Source of the DNA: the human T2T-CHM13v2.0 reference genome, Homo sapiens
Length of the DNA: 64,000 bases
Direction: 5' to 3' (one strand)
NCBI RefSeq assembly: GCF_009914755.1
Contig: NC_060935.1
Of the stretch, positions 14,350-30,800 are shown in pieces. The translations under genes and the position numbers were made by a program. A model generated the notes under the pieces. The model saw only the letters and a list, made by a program, of their open reading frames with translations. It made no database searches and was not told the origin of the DNA. The stretch's first letter is position 1, and each line of letters begins with the position of its first letter.

Positions 14350-14600
14350 TGACTATATATTCAATGAACTGAATAGATAAACTTAGAACGTGGCAGGTAC
14401 TCTTCCAGGAGTTGGCTATATAAGGGTAAATAAACACAGCTCCTCCAACCATGGCTTATAGAATTTAAGGGAGAGAAAGAGAGCAAAAAACAAACAAACA
14501 AAAATGTGAGTAAATGTAAAAGTCAAACTGCTGATAAATGCTATGAAGAAAAAATCTGAGAGTTCAATGATAGAGAGTTAAAGCATCATAACTAGCTGAC
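14350..14600 (-). mobile_element. L2 fragment
   Basis: gtggcaggtactctt...ctcctccaaccatggcttatagaatttaaggg...gataaatgctatgaagaaa. Confidence 0.5.
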
Positions 14601-14654
14601 ACATAGCCAGGCATAAAGAAGAAAAGTGGAGTTAAAGGAAGAATTTTGTTCCCA

Positions 14655-15654
14655 AGAGAGAAGTCACAGACAAATGACAAATTGGGAGAATGTATTGGAA
14701 ATTTATACTCCAGGAAAACAATCAATATCCCTGATATTTAAACTGCTTTGAAAACCAAAGTGATGCATATAAAATCCTGTTAAAAATAAGATATTAATAG
14801 AAAAACTGATGAAATTTGAATATGATATATAGTTTGATAAAGCATTTTTACTGGTTTCAACAGTTGTACTATGGTTATATGATACATTAATGTTAGGGGA
14901 AAGGTGGATGAAAGGTATACAGCAATACTTTGTATTATTTGTATAACTTTTCTGTAATACTAAAATTAATAAAAAATAAAAATAAAAAAATAAAGGGGAA
15001 AAGGACCAAAATATCTACCAAGGATGTGATTTTGCAGCAAAAAGTAGGCAAATGCCCCTTAAATATGTCAAAAAATAATCAAATTTACTCATAGAAGGAG
15101 AACTGTATTAAACCTTCAGTTGGATGCTATTTTACCTTTGGTAACAGCTTGACAAAAACTTTAGAAGAATAATAAACTTTTAGGTAAATTTCTGAAAAAC
15201 ATGTAAATCTTTGAAAATCTATCTTTGTTTTTTAGACTGCAAAATAGTGCAACCACTATTGAGAGAAGGTGATGGATTTCTAGCAAAACTACAAACGTAT
15301 TTACCTTATAAGAATTGCAATTATGAGAACTTATAAGAACAATATGTTGCACTTCTAAGAAATTATTATGAAGCTACACTTCCAAAAATATGAAACAACA
15401 TATACACAAGCCTATTTCTTGTGGAATTATTTGGAAAAGCAAACTATTGGAAAACACAAGCATGCCATTTGTAAGAGACTGAGATGAAAAAGATATAGTG
15501 CATTCTGAAAAAGGGGTCCAGTGAAACTTAATCTAAATAAAGATCACTACAAACTGACATTAGTGTTTTTCAGTGTATATTGTTAAATAAGAAAGGAAAC
15601 ATATGGAAGAATGCATATAGCAGGCCACTTTTTAGTGAACTAGAAGAGGAAATA
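14655..15654 (+). mobile_element. Old L1M (L1MC/ME) fragments, host of the L1PA insertion
   Basis: degenerate ORF2 3' and 3'UTR motifs (ttgtactatggttat...ggggaaaggtggatgaaaggtata...acttttctgtaa); continues after 19074. Confidence 0.6.
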
Positions 15655-15670
15655 AAATATGTATATTCTT

Positions 15671-19058
<3,388 letters not shown>

Positions 19059-20139
19059 AAATATGTATATTCTTGTGTGTATGTGTGATGTTTATGCTTA
19101 TTTTTGCAAAAAGAAATAGCAAAGATAAACCAGAAATTAATGAAATATGTTAGTTATAGAGAGTAGATGGACATAGGATGGAAGGACTAGGTATTAGAGT
19201 GTAACTTTTGGGTACACTTTTTAAAATGCTTTAAATATTGACTCATTTAAATATTTTGTATATTCAAAATAGAAAATGAACAAAGCAGGAAGAAAAACGA
19301 AATCCCCGAATTGACTACAAATAGAAATTATAAAACTTAATTTTATAGCAAATTGGAAATATGAAAACACAGATCAAATAATTATCCTGTATAACTGTTC
19401 AACAATTTACATCTCAAGAAATATGTTCTAACTTCAGAAAGGTCTAAAAGAAATATTGAGATTGATTTCTAGGTTTTTTGATATGTAATGAAATTTGTGG
19501 TGTGATTCAAAATTATATTTTATGTTTTGCAGAATAAAGCCAATGAGTACATATACAAATACTTTTGGAAACCAAACTTTTCACTGATTAAGAAGGTAAA
19601 CACAAATGTGGAATGGAGGTGAGAACAAAAAATGCTGTAAAATCAAATGAGAATGAATATACCAATATGTATTTATAGTTTGTAAAAATATGTTTTCTAT
19701 ATCTATCCACTGAAATGGCTTGGAAACTATGACACACTTGAATATCAATAAACATATCTAGCCCCCAGATTGTTATTTCTAAATATCATTCCATTAAAAA
19801 ATAAGAATAAAGAAATCAGGCTCTTTGGCAAAGTGGATAATTCTAGGTTAGGGAGAGAAAATATAAGGTGAGTTTAGAATACCTTGTTCCTGAAAACAAG
19901 AACCCAGTAGCTAATGAGATGAAACTTTTATAAACCAAATATGTGACACTTTGAGCAAAAAAATCAGTAATACATAAGGAAAATAAGTCATAACACAGAA
20001 AATAAAAACCATTCCACAGATTAATAGTGATAATAATATTAATAATAATAATAGAGAGGGACAGAGAGAGATTAAAATAGAAACATCTCCTTTACAAAAA
20101 AGTTTAGCTAATAAATGTAGAAGAAATAAAAAAAAAATT

Positions 20140-20460
20140 GGCCAGGCTTGGTGGTTCACACCTGTACTCCCAGCACTTTGGGAGGCCAAGGCAGGTGGAT
20201 CATGAGGTCAGGAGTTCGAGACCGGTCTGGCCAACAGAGTGAAACCCCATCTCTACTAAAATTACAAAAAATTTGCCAGGTGTGGTGGTATGTGCCTGTA
20301 ATCCCAGCAACTCAGGAGGCTGAGGCAAGAGAATCACGTGAACCTGGAAGGCAGAGTTTGCAGTGAGCCGAGATCACGCCACTGCACTCCAGCCCAGGTG
20401 ACAGAGTGAGACTGTGTCTCAAAAAAAGAAAAAAGGAAAGAAAAGAAAAAAGAAAAGAAA
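20140..20460 (+). mobile_element. AluSg/Sc-type with GA-rich tail
   Basis: ggccagg...ggatcatgaggtcaggagttcgagacc...gtctcaaaaaaa. Confidence 0.92.
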
Positions 20461-20657
20461 GACATAATAGAAAATCATATTGAAGAACTCAAGGTCCACA
20501 GAACTACTTTCCAAAAAGAAAAAAAAAAAAGACTACTGTGACAATATCTATGGCCATCATCCTAATTAAGTGATCAAACTTGACATCATGAATATTGGGA
20601 GGCTAGATGTTACATGTGTCCAGAATTGATGCAATAAAATATACAGGCATTACCCTC

Positions 20658-21064
20658 TGCTATGGTTTCAATGTGCTCTCTCCAAAATTCATGTTGAAAC
20701 TTAATCCCTGCTGTGGTTGCATTAAGAGGTGGATTCTTTGGGGAAGCAATTAAATCATGAGGGCCCTGCCCTTATGAATGGGTTCATATCCTTATAAAAG
20801 AGGTTTTAGAGACAGTTTGTCCTTTTTTTTTTTTCCCATCCATCCCTTCCACCATGTGAGAACATAGCATTTTTGTCCTCCAGGGGATGTAGCAACACGG
20901 TACCATCTTGGAAGCAGAGACTGAGTTTTCACAAGACAACAAATGCCTACGCCTTGATCTTGGACTTCACAGCCTCCAGAACTCTAAGAAGTAAATGTCT
21001 ACTTCTTTAAAATAAACTGCTCAGCTGTGGGTTTTTGTTGTAGCATCACAAATGGACTAAAACA
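20658..21064 (+). mobile_element. MSTD/MLT1A1-type MaLR solo LTR
   Basis: tgctatggttt...ccatcttggaagcagagact...aaatggactaaaaca. Confidence 0.8.
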
Positions 21065-21356
21065 TTGTTGTAATATTCTTTTCAAAAAGTTTTAATCTGA
21101 ATCTAGTAGTGATGAAACAAATTAATAAATAGAGAATGTAAGATGTCCTGCAAGATAACTGGCATTAACTCCATAAAAAATTAGATGTAGTAAAACCAAA
21201 AAAATGATGAGAGATATCTAGATTTAAAATACCTAATAAAACATACAAATGCATTAACTCTGATTAGATTTCAGATTTTAAAATAATAGGTAAATTTTTG
21301 GAAACACTAAATATGGACTATGTATTAAATTGTATTATTGAGTTAATGTTCCTTTT

Positions 21357-21712
21357 TTCTTTTTTGCTTATAATAGACATATATTAATGGCACATTTACT
21401 GGGTAGAGTGTGATATTTCCATACATGTATACAGTATATAATGTTCACATCAGTGTAGTTAGCATATCCAACATCTCAAACCTTTTTTATTTCCTTGTTG
21501 TGGTAACTTTCAAGATCTTTTCTAGATATCTTAAAATATACAATACGTTGTTGTTAGTTATACTTACCCTACTGTGTTATAGAACTCCAGAATGTATTCC
21601 TCCAGTTTAACTGTAACTTTGTGTCTATTGACCAACTTCTGTCCATCCCTCTTTCATCTTCTCTCCCCAGCATCTGGTAACCACTATTCTACTCTCTACT
21701 TCTATGAGAACA
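21357..21712 (-). mobile_element. L1MA 3'-end fragment
   Basis: gtgatatttccatacatgtataca...tctggtaaccactattctactctctacttctatgag; TSD taatgtt(c/a)cttttt starting at 21344 and 21713. Confidence 0.85.
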
Positions 21713-21897
21713 TAATGTTACTTTTTACTAGACAAAAAAGTAGTGCTGTGGTCATAGAGGCAAATATCCTTATTCTTATGAAATCCTCACTAAAGTGTTT
21801 TGCAATAAAACATCATAATATCTCAGTTTATTTTTGAAAGGTTAAGGAGAGAGAAAAAGAGAGTGAATGTTAACAGTTGTTTACCCATGTATGTAGG

Positions 21898-22283
21898 TGT
21901 ATCAGTCCATTTTCATATGGCTATAAAGAACTGGCTGAGATAGGGTAATTTATAAAGGAAAAGGGTTTAATTGACTCACAGTTCTGCATGGCTGGGTAGG
22001 CCTCTGGAAACTTACAATCATGGTGGAAGGCAAAGGGAAAGCAAAGCACCTTCTTCGCAAGGTGGCAGGAAGGAGAAGTGCCGAGCAAAGGGTGAAGAGT
22101 CACCTTATAAAACCACCAGATCTCATGAAAATTGACTCAATGTCATGAGAACAGCATGGCGGAAACTGCCCCCCAACTTGATTCAATTACTTCCCATCAG
22201 ATTTCTTTCCATAAAACATGTGGGGATTATGGGGATTACAGTTCAACATGAGTTTTGGGTGGGGACACAGCCAAACCATATCA
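21898..22283 (-). mobile_element. THE1D-type solo LTR
   Basis: tgtatcagtcc...ccaaaccatatca; TSD gtagg/gtggg. Confidence 0.9.
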
Positions 22284-22945
22284 GTGGGTGTTAGCTGTAA
22301 CATTCTTTTCACTACTCTATAGGTTCAAATTTTTTTAAAATAAAAAATTGGTGTAAAATAAATAAACTAAGCTGAGATTAGGACCATCCTCAACTACTTG
22401 GTAGGAGCAAATAAACTATGCCTGAATGAAGAGATAAATATATGAAGTACGAAATTACTTCATCTGTATCTCAGCTGTCACTCACAATAGTATTTGATCA
22501 CATGCATACTGACAGCATTCTGACAATTCTCATTCATTGTAATTTTAAAGTTGAAATAAAGTTTTCAGATCTGTGATATATTTATCAATTTAACTAGTTA
22601 TCTGTGAAGAACATATGCTGTATTTTTGGATGCATCATTTCTTTTACCTACTACTTCCCCTTTAGGACACTTCCTCAAACTGTTACTCCATGAAGCTCTG
22701 GTTTATTACTGATCACAGTTCTCAAATACTCTGATACAAGAGTTCACACTTGATTCAAGATGCAAAATTTGTTATATTCAATATTTCTACAGTCCTTAGT
22801 GATCAGTAAAGTGACAAGCCTATAAAGCTAAACAAATCAGAGTACTTCTCTAAGATTTTATATGAAGCATGAAATTGAGATAATATTTTTTCCTCAAGCA
22901 TTCCTATATTGTAAAGATGCATACATTCTCTGGATATTATCCCAC

Positions 22946-24216
22946 TACCACTTTTAAATTCCCAAAATACTTGAGGATACCTGAAGTATCACATAGCTAT
23001 ATAAAAACATACTGGCAAGGAACAAATCAGAAGTATTCATCCTAAATATATTATAAAAAGCAGTTTAAATTCAGAGGACCTCTGCTTCTATTCCATGTTC
23101 CTATTATAGATATGGATGGTACTTCTAAGGAGTATTAAATAAATATTACTTCTTTATAAACTCAATATATAATGTTTAACATAACACCTATGTTTAATAT
23201 AGCCAATTACGCTCCTTATAATGAATGTAAAGATGAATTTGACAGCAGCTAAAGCATTATCGGGCCACAGAGACCAATTTGTTTATTTTGTTATTTTCCA
23301 TATTTCTGAAGCTCACAAGAACAAAGAACAAGAAACAAAGATGGCCAGGGAGACTCAGGAATACAGGTAGACAGAGAAACAGAGACAACAAGGCCTAATG
23401 ACATTGTTTGGCCTTTTTTTCCTCCATTCCATTGGCCAGTGCCATTCCCTGATTGTATAGTTTTCTGAAAATTCTTTTCTTGGCAAAAACTAGTTGGATT
23501 GAGTTTCAATTATGTACAACTAAAAAAATCATAATATACAATTGAAAGCAGTGAATATCATTCATGTAGTTTCATTACCTCATCCAACATGCTAAATGTT
23601 CATCTGATGAACTGAAAAACTCTTTATTAAAATAGGGAAGTAATAATATAATTTCATTAATTCAGATCCCATTAAATTGATTTTTTTTTATTTTCACTAA
23701 AGCTAAGTAACACTATCTATTATTGGAGACTCCAAACATAGACAACACAAATCCATGCATGGATATACCATTTATAATACATTTTATGGCCCATATTTAA
23801 ATTACAGGACATTGGAGTTATATGGATTTATTTCTAGCCAGTTTATTTTTGTCTTTGTTCTTGTTGTGATCTCATGAAATGTGGAACACCAGGAAAAGAA
23901 ACAATTTGCTTTATGTGTCTAGATGATGCTTTAGCTGCTGTCAAATTTATCTTTGCATTTCTTAAAATGAATGAGGTGAGGGAATGTCAAGTAAATTAAA
24001 CATCATATATAGATTTTATAAAAAAGTAAATTTCATACTTCTTAGAATTACCATCTACATGTACAATAAGAAAATAGAATATAAGCAGAAGCCCTCTGAT
24101 TTTAAACTGCTTCTTTCACGTATTTATGACAAATGCTTCTAATCTGTTCCTCACTGATAAATCCTTACATCATGTAGTACTTTAGGTACCCTGAAGTGAA
24201 TTTAAATACTTGGTAA
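22946..24216. repeat. Long diverged inverted repeat: arms ~22946-23347 and ~23835-24216
   Basis: collinear reverse-complement blocks, including 22-nt exact match 23236-23257 vs 23926-23947. Confidence 0.9.
23365..23540 (+). mobile_element. Old MLT1 (K/L-like) LTR 3' fragment in the inverted-repeat spacer
   Basis: cctaatgacattgtttg...ctagttggattgagtttc...acaactaaaaaaatcataatataca. Confidence 0.55.
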
Positions 24217-24400
24217 TTCATTGGTGAAGTCGATCAGCACTTATTTAGTGCGTATTGTGATCCATGTAGTATGTTGTCAACTGGAAAATTAAAAAATGAA
24301 CAAGAGTCTCACTCACACTAAACTAGTGGTATAAACTGGTAAGCATAAGTAAATATAAACTGGAGAATTATAAACAAGCAATATGTCAGATGGAAAATGA
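24217..24400 (-). mobile_element. L2 3' fragment
   Basis: cagcacttatttagtgcgtattgtg...aatgaacaagagtctcactc. Confidence 0.5.
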
Positions 24401-24791
24401 GAAAAAACACAAAACATTTGAATTCCTTATGATTTTGCTCTTCAGTGACATTGAATTTTTTTTCCTTTAGTTTGAAGATGGAGAGAAAGTGATATGAGCA
24501 CCTGGAAGCAATTTGCAGATAAACTCAATCATTTGGGGATGTATTCTTGCATTGTTTGCCCTTTTATGAAGGAGAAAGAAAGACAAAATTATATATAAAT
24601 TAGGAGGGATGCTAGAAAAGAGCTTCCAAGATACATAGATGTTAAAATCATTATATCTGCTGGAAATACTAGGCAGTACATAAATGTACATATCTATAAT
24701 TTCTTCTAACCATTTCAATTTGGGAAATGTGAAGGAAATGTGACCTAAAATTGAATGCTAAAGATGAAATTTAAAATTATGTTTAGGGGAC

Positions 24792-25252
24792 TATTATGGG
24801 TTGAATTGTGTCTCTTAAAAGTTCTCTTGAAGTCCTCACATCTAGTACCGGAGAATGTGCTCTTATTTAGTAAGAGTTTATTGAAGCTATGTTGAGATGA
24901 GGTAATATGGGAGTAAGGAAGGTCTCCAATCCAATATAACTATTGTCTCTAAAATAAGAGTAGAAGAGACACAGAGACACAGACACACAAGAGGAGAGTG
25001 TCATATGACAATGGAGGCTGAGACTGGTAGCTGTAAGTCAAGCCAGGAAATGCCAAGGATTGCTGGAAAACCACTAGCGGCTAGGAATAAGAAAAAACTA
25101 TTTCCCCTTACCTGTTTTAGTGACAGCACTCCCCTTACAACACCTTGACTTCTTTACTTCTAGCCTCCAAAACTGTAAAACAATAAATTTCTTATGTTTT
25201 ATGTTACCTAGTTTGTAGAATTTTCTAATGCCAAACCTAAGAAAGTAATACA
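24792..25252 (+). mobile_element. MLT1C-type solo LTR
   Basis: ttatgggttgaattgtgtc...gccaaggattgc...tagcctccaaaactgtaaaacaataaatttc...aagtaataca. Confidence 0.85.
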
Positions 25253-25781
25253 GGCATGTAGTAAGATAAATTCTATGCCCTCTTTTATACATTTATGCAA
25301 CAAAGAGAACCCAAAACACCACGGGGATGATCTTCTGTAGTATGTCAGATATGTACTCAGAAATTATATTTTGATGCAACCACCAAATACAAATATTGTC
25401 TGTAACAATACTTCAAAGTGTTACCTATGAACTTTCTTCTGAAAACTGCCAGAATAAGGAACCAAGTTCCTTACTTTTATGAGACAAGAAAGCTTCAAGG
25501 CCTGACAATCCAATGAGTTTTAGCTTTTATCTTTCCTTCATTTTGAATGTGTGAAAAAACATTCTTCAAACAGTTTATGAAATGTTCTCAGACCTTTGTT
25601 TAGATGTTAATAATAATTCTAGCACTCATACTGTCTCCCAACCCTAGGTTTTCAAATTTAGGCTAAACAGACAGCACAGACACACACAAGTGAATAGTTT
25701 GATAGTTTTGCAGAATTCTGGTTTCAAAAGTATCAATAGAAGACTATGAATTAAACAAGGAAGTTCAATAAAAATCTTTCT

Positions 25782-27881
25782 GGGGACAGTGATGTCAGCT
25801 AGATGGCAGAATAGGAGATCTCTCCAGGTATCTTTCCACAGCAACAATGATTTTCAGCCATCCATGACAAAAATATCTTTGTAGGTGATTTGGGATTCAG
25901 GTATAAGGTTGTGAACCCCTGATGGAGCCCAAGGTCTAGAAGGGCCATTTTAATAGAACATATCATTACCCAGGTGGCATGCATGCCAATCACAGTCCTG
26001 GCTCCAGACCCAAAAATGGCCCTGTTCCCCTGTGTATTTGGCTATAGTCACATTTGGCATTGGCCCTACTAAAAGAACTATCTACTAAGAGACCCAAAAT
26101 AAGTCAGGCCCACTTGTGCCTCAAATGTCACACCTGCCTATCTCAGTCCTGACTGTGGAGAACCCCGAAATGGTTCAGTAACTTGGCTCCAGCCCTACTT
26201 AGTAGTTCTGTACACACAGGGACTTTCTGAGAGATACACTTGTCTGTGCTGCTGAAACATATTTGCTGACCTTGATCCCAGCAGATGGCAAAACATTTCT
26301 GTTATTCAACTATGGCCTTTCTCAGCTGCCCTCTGAGAGTAGTTCTGCACACCAGGGACCTGAAGGGAGATATGCCAATCTGTATCCCTGCGCACACTCC
26401 CAACAACCTTAGTCCCACAGTAGGTCATGAAACAGTTGGATAACTTAGCTCCAGCCCCTCTCATCTATGGACTGAGACATGTTTTCCTGGCCCAGATGCC
26501 CAGAGAGAAATACACTAGTCCATGCCCCCAGAGGAAGCCTGCAGATCCAAATATAAGCTGTAGCTGAAGCCGGCTTTTGACTCAGTTCTAGTCCCTCTCA
26601 TTTGCAGTCTGGGGCTAGTAATACCCACCCAGAAACCCACACAATAACCCAATGGGAGTTCTTCCCAGGATCTAGAGGAAGCCATATCTGTTCATGCACC
26701 TGGTAATAGGCATGCCATTACCAGGGTCAACATTCAGGACCCTGAAGTTGACACTTATCCCACTATATGCCCTACTGACCAAGTTACTGAAGGTAATTCA
26801 ATCTACTTAGGGATTAGACAGGAACGATGCTCACTTGAGACCCTGGTAATAGGCCTGCCACCAGCAGATCCCACTGAGGACCCAGCAGCAACCATGTGAC
26901 CCAGCTTCAACCCCACTCAACTGCAATTGCAAACACCATCACAACGTGGGTACCTAACAGGAGAAGGTCTTTACCAACCAAAATTAGTCCATAAAGATGG
27001 GAAGAAATGTTTGCTCTTTCATATACACAAGTAATACCAATGCGAGTTTTACAGATAACAAAGTATCAAGCCATCATGACACTACCAAAGGAAACTAACA
27101 CTCCAGCAATCAACTCCTAAGTGAGAGAGATCTATGAATTTCTTGAAAAGAAATTCAAGATAACCATCTTGAAGCTCAATGAGATGCAAGAGAACAATAA
27201 ATAAAAATTAGGAAAACAATGCATGAACCAAATGAAAATTTAATAAATAAATAAAAATAATATTAAAAAATCAAATAGAAATTCTGGAGCTGAAGAAGAA
27301 AATGGCAGAAATGAAAAAATTCAATACAAACCTTCAAGAGCAGCCTCAATTATACAAAAGAAGGAATTAGTGATCTCAAAGACAGGTCATTTGAAACTAA
27401 ATAATTCGAGGAACAAAAAGAGGGAAAGGAGGAAAAGAGTAAAGAAAGGATAAGGACATATGAAACACCACCATGCATGCAAATACAGGCATTATGAGTA
27501 TTCTAGTAAAAGAAGAGAGAAGAAGGAATAGAAAGCTTATTGAAATAAACACTGGCTGAAAACTTTCCAAATATTAGAAGGAATTCAAGAAGCTCAGAGA
27601 ATCCCAAGCAAGATCAACCAATAGAGGAATACTCAGAGACACATAGTCAAATTGTCCAAAGTCAAAGACAAGGAGGAAATCTTGAAAGCAGCAAGAGAAA
27701 AGAGACTCATCACATACAAGATAGTCTTCATATGGTTATCAGTGTATCTATTAGCAGAAACCTTGAAAGCCAGCAGAGAATAAAATAATATATTCAAAGG
27801 GCTGAATGAAAAAAAAAAAAAAAAAAAAGCTGCACCCAAGATACTACACTGGGCAAAGCTGTTCTTCAGGAGTAAGGAAGA
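25782..27881 (+). mobile_element. Old L1M (L1MA/MB-age) 5'UTR and ORF1, 3' part missing
   Basis: ggggacagtgatgtcagctagatggcagaatagg start, degenerate monomer-like 5'UTR, ORF1 motifs (gaaatcttgaaagcagcaagagaaaag; gcaaagctgttcttcagg). Confidence 0.75.
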
Positions 27882-30800
27882 GAATAGAAACAGCTCCGTT
27901 CTGCAGCTCCCAGTAAGACCAATGCAGAAGGTGGGTGATCTCTACATTTCCAACAGAGGTACCCAGTTCATCTCAATGGGACTGGTTAGGAAGTGGGTGC
28001 AACCCACGGAGCACAAGCAGAAGCAGGGTGGGGTGTCACTTCACCCAGGAAGTGCAAGGAGCCAAAGGACCTCCCTTCCCTAGCCAAGGCAAGCAGTGAG
28101 GGGCTGTGCTACCTGTCCTGGGTACTATACTTTTCCCACAGATTTTTGCAATGTGCAGATCAGGAGATTCCCTCATGAGTCTACACCACCAGGGCTCTTG
28201 TTTCAAGCACAAAACTGGGCAGCTGTTTGGGCAGGCATGGAGCCAGCTGCAGGAGCTTTTTTCAGACTCCAGTGGTTCCTGGAACTCCAGCAAGACAGAA
28301 CAACAATCCGCTTCCCTGGAAAAGGGCCATGGAGCCAGCAGTCTCACTCAGAGGGTCCCACTCCCATGGAGCCCAGCAAGGTAAGAACCACTGGCTTGAA
28401 ATTCTCACTCTCAGCACAGCAGTCTGGAGGTGATCTGGGACAATCGAGATTGGTGAGAACAGGAGCATCCACCATTACTGAGGTTTCAGTAGGCAGTTTT
28501 CCCCAGATAATGCTAAGGAGACTGGGAGGTTTGGACTGGGCAGAATTCACCAGAGCACAGCAAAGTGGCTGTGGCCAGTTTGCTTCTCTAGATTCCTCCT
28601 TACTTGGGCAGGCCATTTCATAGGAAATGCAGCAGTCCCAGTCAGGGACTTACAGATAAAACTCTCATCTCCCTGGGACAGAGCACCTGGTGGGAGGGGC
28701 AGCTGTGGTTGCAGCTTCAGCGGACTTAATCTTTCCTGCCTGCCGGCTCTGAAGAGAGAGTGGCAGGCCCTGACAAGGGGGATTCTCCCAGCACAGTGCA
28801 CTAGGTCTGCTAAGGGACAGAGTGCCTCCTCAAGTGGGTCCCCAGGCCCCTGTGCCTCTTGACTAGGAGAGACCTCCCAACAGGGGTCGACAGATACTTC
28901 ATACAGGAGAGCTCCAGCTTGAATCAGGCCGGTGCCCCTCTGGGATGAAGCTCCCAGAGGAAGGGGAAAGCAGCACTCTTTGCTATTCTACAGCCTCCAG
29001 GCATACATGGTCTGGAATGGACCTCCAGCAAACTGCAGGAGACCTGCAGAAGAGGGGCCTGAGTGTTAGAAGAAAAACAAACAAACAGAAAGCAACAACA
29101 AAAACAACACCAACAAAAAAGATCCCCCACAAATACCCCATCCAAAAGTCATCAGCCTCAAAGATCAAAGTTAGATAAATTCAGGAAGATGAGGGAAAAC
29201 CAGTGGAAAAATGCCGAAAATTCCAAAAGCCAGAATGCCTTTTCTCCTCCAAATAATCACAATTCCTATCCAGCAAGGGCACAAAACTGGATGAGATTGA
29301 TGAATTGACAGAAGTAGGCCTCAGAAGGTGGGTAATAACAAACTCTTCTGAGCTAAAGGAACATGTTCGAACTCAATGCAAGGAAGCTAAGAACTTGATA
29401 AAAGGTTACAGGAACTGCTAATTAGAATAACCAGTTTAGAGAGAACATAAATGACCCAATGCAGCTGAAAAACACAGCACAAGAACTTCATGAAGCATAC
29501 ACAAGTATCAATGGCTGAATCTATCAAACAAAATAAAGGAATTCAGAGATTAAAGACTACCTTGCTGAAATAAGGTGTGCAGACAAGATTAGAGAAAAAA
29601 GAATGAAAATGATTGAACAAAGCCCCCAAGAAATATGTATATACTATGTATTTGTAAATACTATGTAAAAAGACCAAACCTATGATTGATTGGTGTACCT
29701 GAAAGTGAGAGGGAGAATGGAACCAAGTTGGAAAACACATTTCAGGATATTATCCAGGAGAACTTTCCCAACCCAGAAAGACAGGACAACATTCAAATTT
29801 AGGAAATACAGAGAATGCCACTAAGATACTCAATCAGAAAATCAACCCCAAAACACATAAACATCAGATTTTCCAAGGTTGACATGAAGGAAAAAATGTT
29901 AAGGGCAACCAGAGAGAAAGGCCAAGTCACCTACAAAGGGAAGCCCATCAGAATAACAGCAGACCTCTCAGTGGAAACCCTTCAAGCCAGAAGAGAGTGG
30001 GGGCTAATATTCAACATTCTTAAAGAAAATAATTTTCAACCCAGAATTTCATATCCAGCCAAACTAAGCTTCATAACTGAAGGAGAAATAAAATCCTTTC
30101 CAGACAAGCAAATGCTGAGGGATTTTGTATCACCGCCAGGCCTGCCTTGCAAGAGATCCTGAAGGAAGCACTGCATATGGAAAGGAAAAACTGGTACCAG
30201 CCACTGCACAAACACACCAAAATATAAAGACCAATGATGCTATAAAGAAATTGCATCAACTAATTGTGCAAAATAACAAGCTAGCATCATGATGACAGGA
30301 TCAAATTCACACATAAAAATTAACCTTAAATGTAAAGGGACTAAATGCCCCAATTAAAAAACACAGCCTGGCAAATTGGATAAAGAGTCAAGACCCCTTG
30401 GTGTGCTGTATTCAGGAGACCCATCTCATGTGCAAAGATACACGTAGGCTAAAAATAAAGGAATAAAGGGATGGAGGAATATTTACCAAGCAAATAGGAA
30501 AAAAAAAAAAAAAAGCAGGGGTTGAAATCCTAGTCTCTGATAAAACAGATGTTAAACCAACAAAGATCAAAAAAGACAAAGAAGGGCATTACATAATGGT
30601 AAAGGGATCAATACAATGAGAAGAGCTAACTATCCGAAATATGTAGCTGCCCAATACAGGAGAACCCAGATTCATAAAACAAGTTCTTAGAGACTTACAA
30701 ATACACTTAGACTCCCACACAATAACAGTGGGAGATTTTAACACCCCACTTTTCAATATTAGACAGATCAGTGAGATAGAAAATCAACAGGTATATTGAG

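Larger units (their letters stand above)
19075..21890 (+). mobile_element. L1MC/L1MD-type 3'UTR, fragmented by later insertions
   Basis: tttctaaatatcattccattaaaa...caggctctttggcaaagtggataattctagg motif; tail resumes at 22289-22360. Confidence 0.6.
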
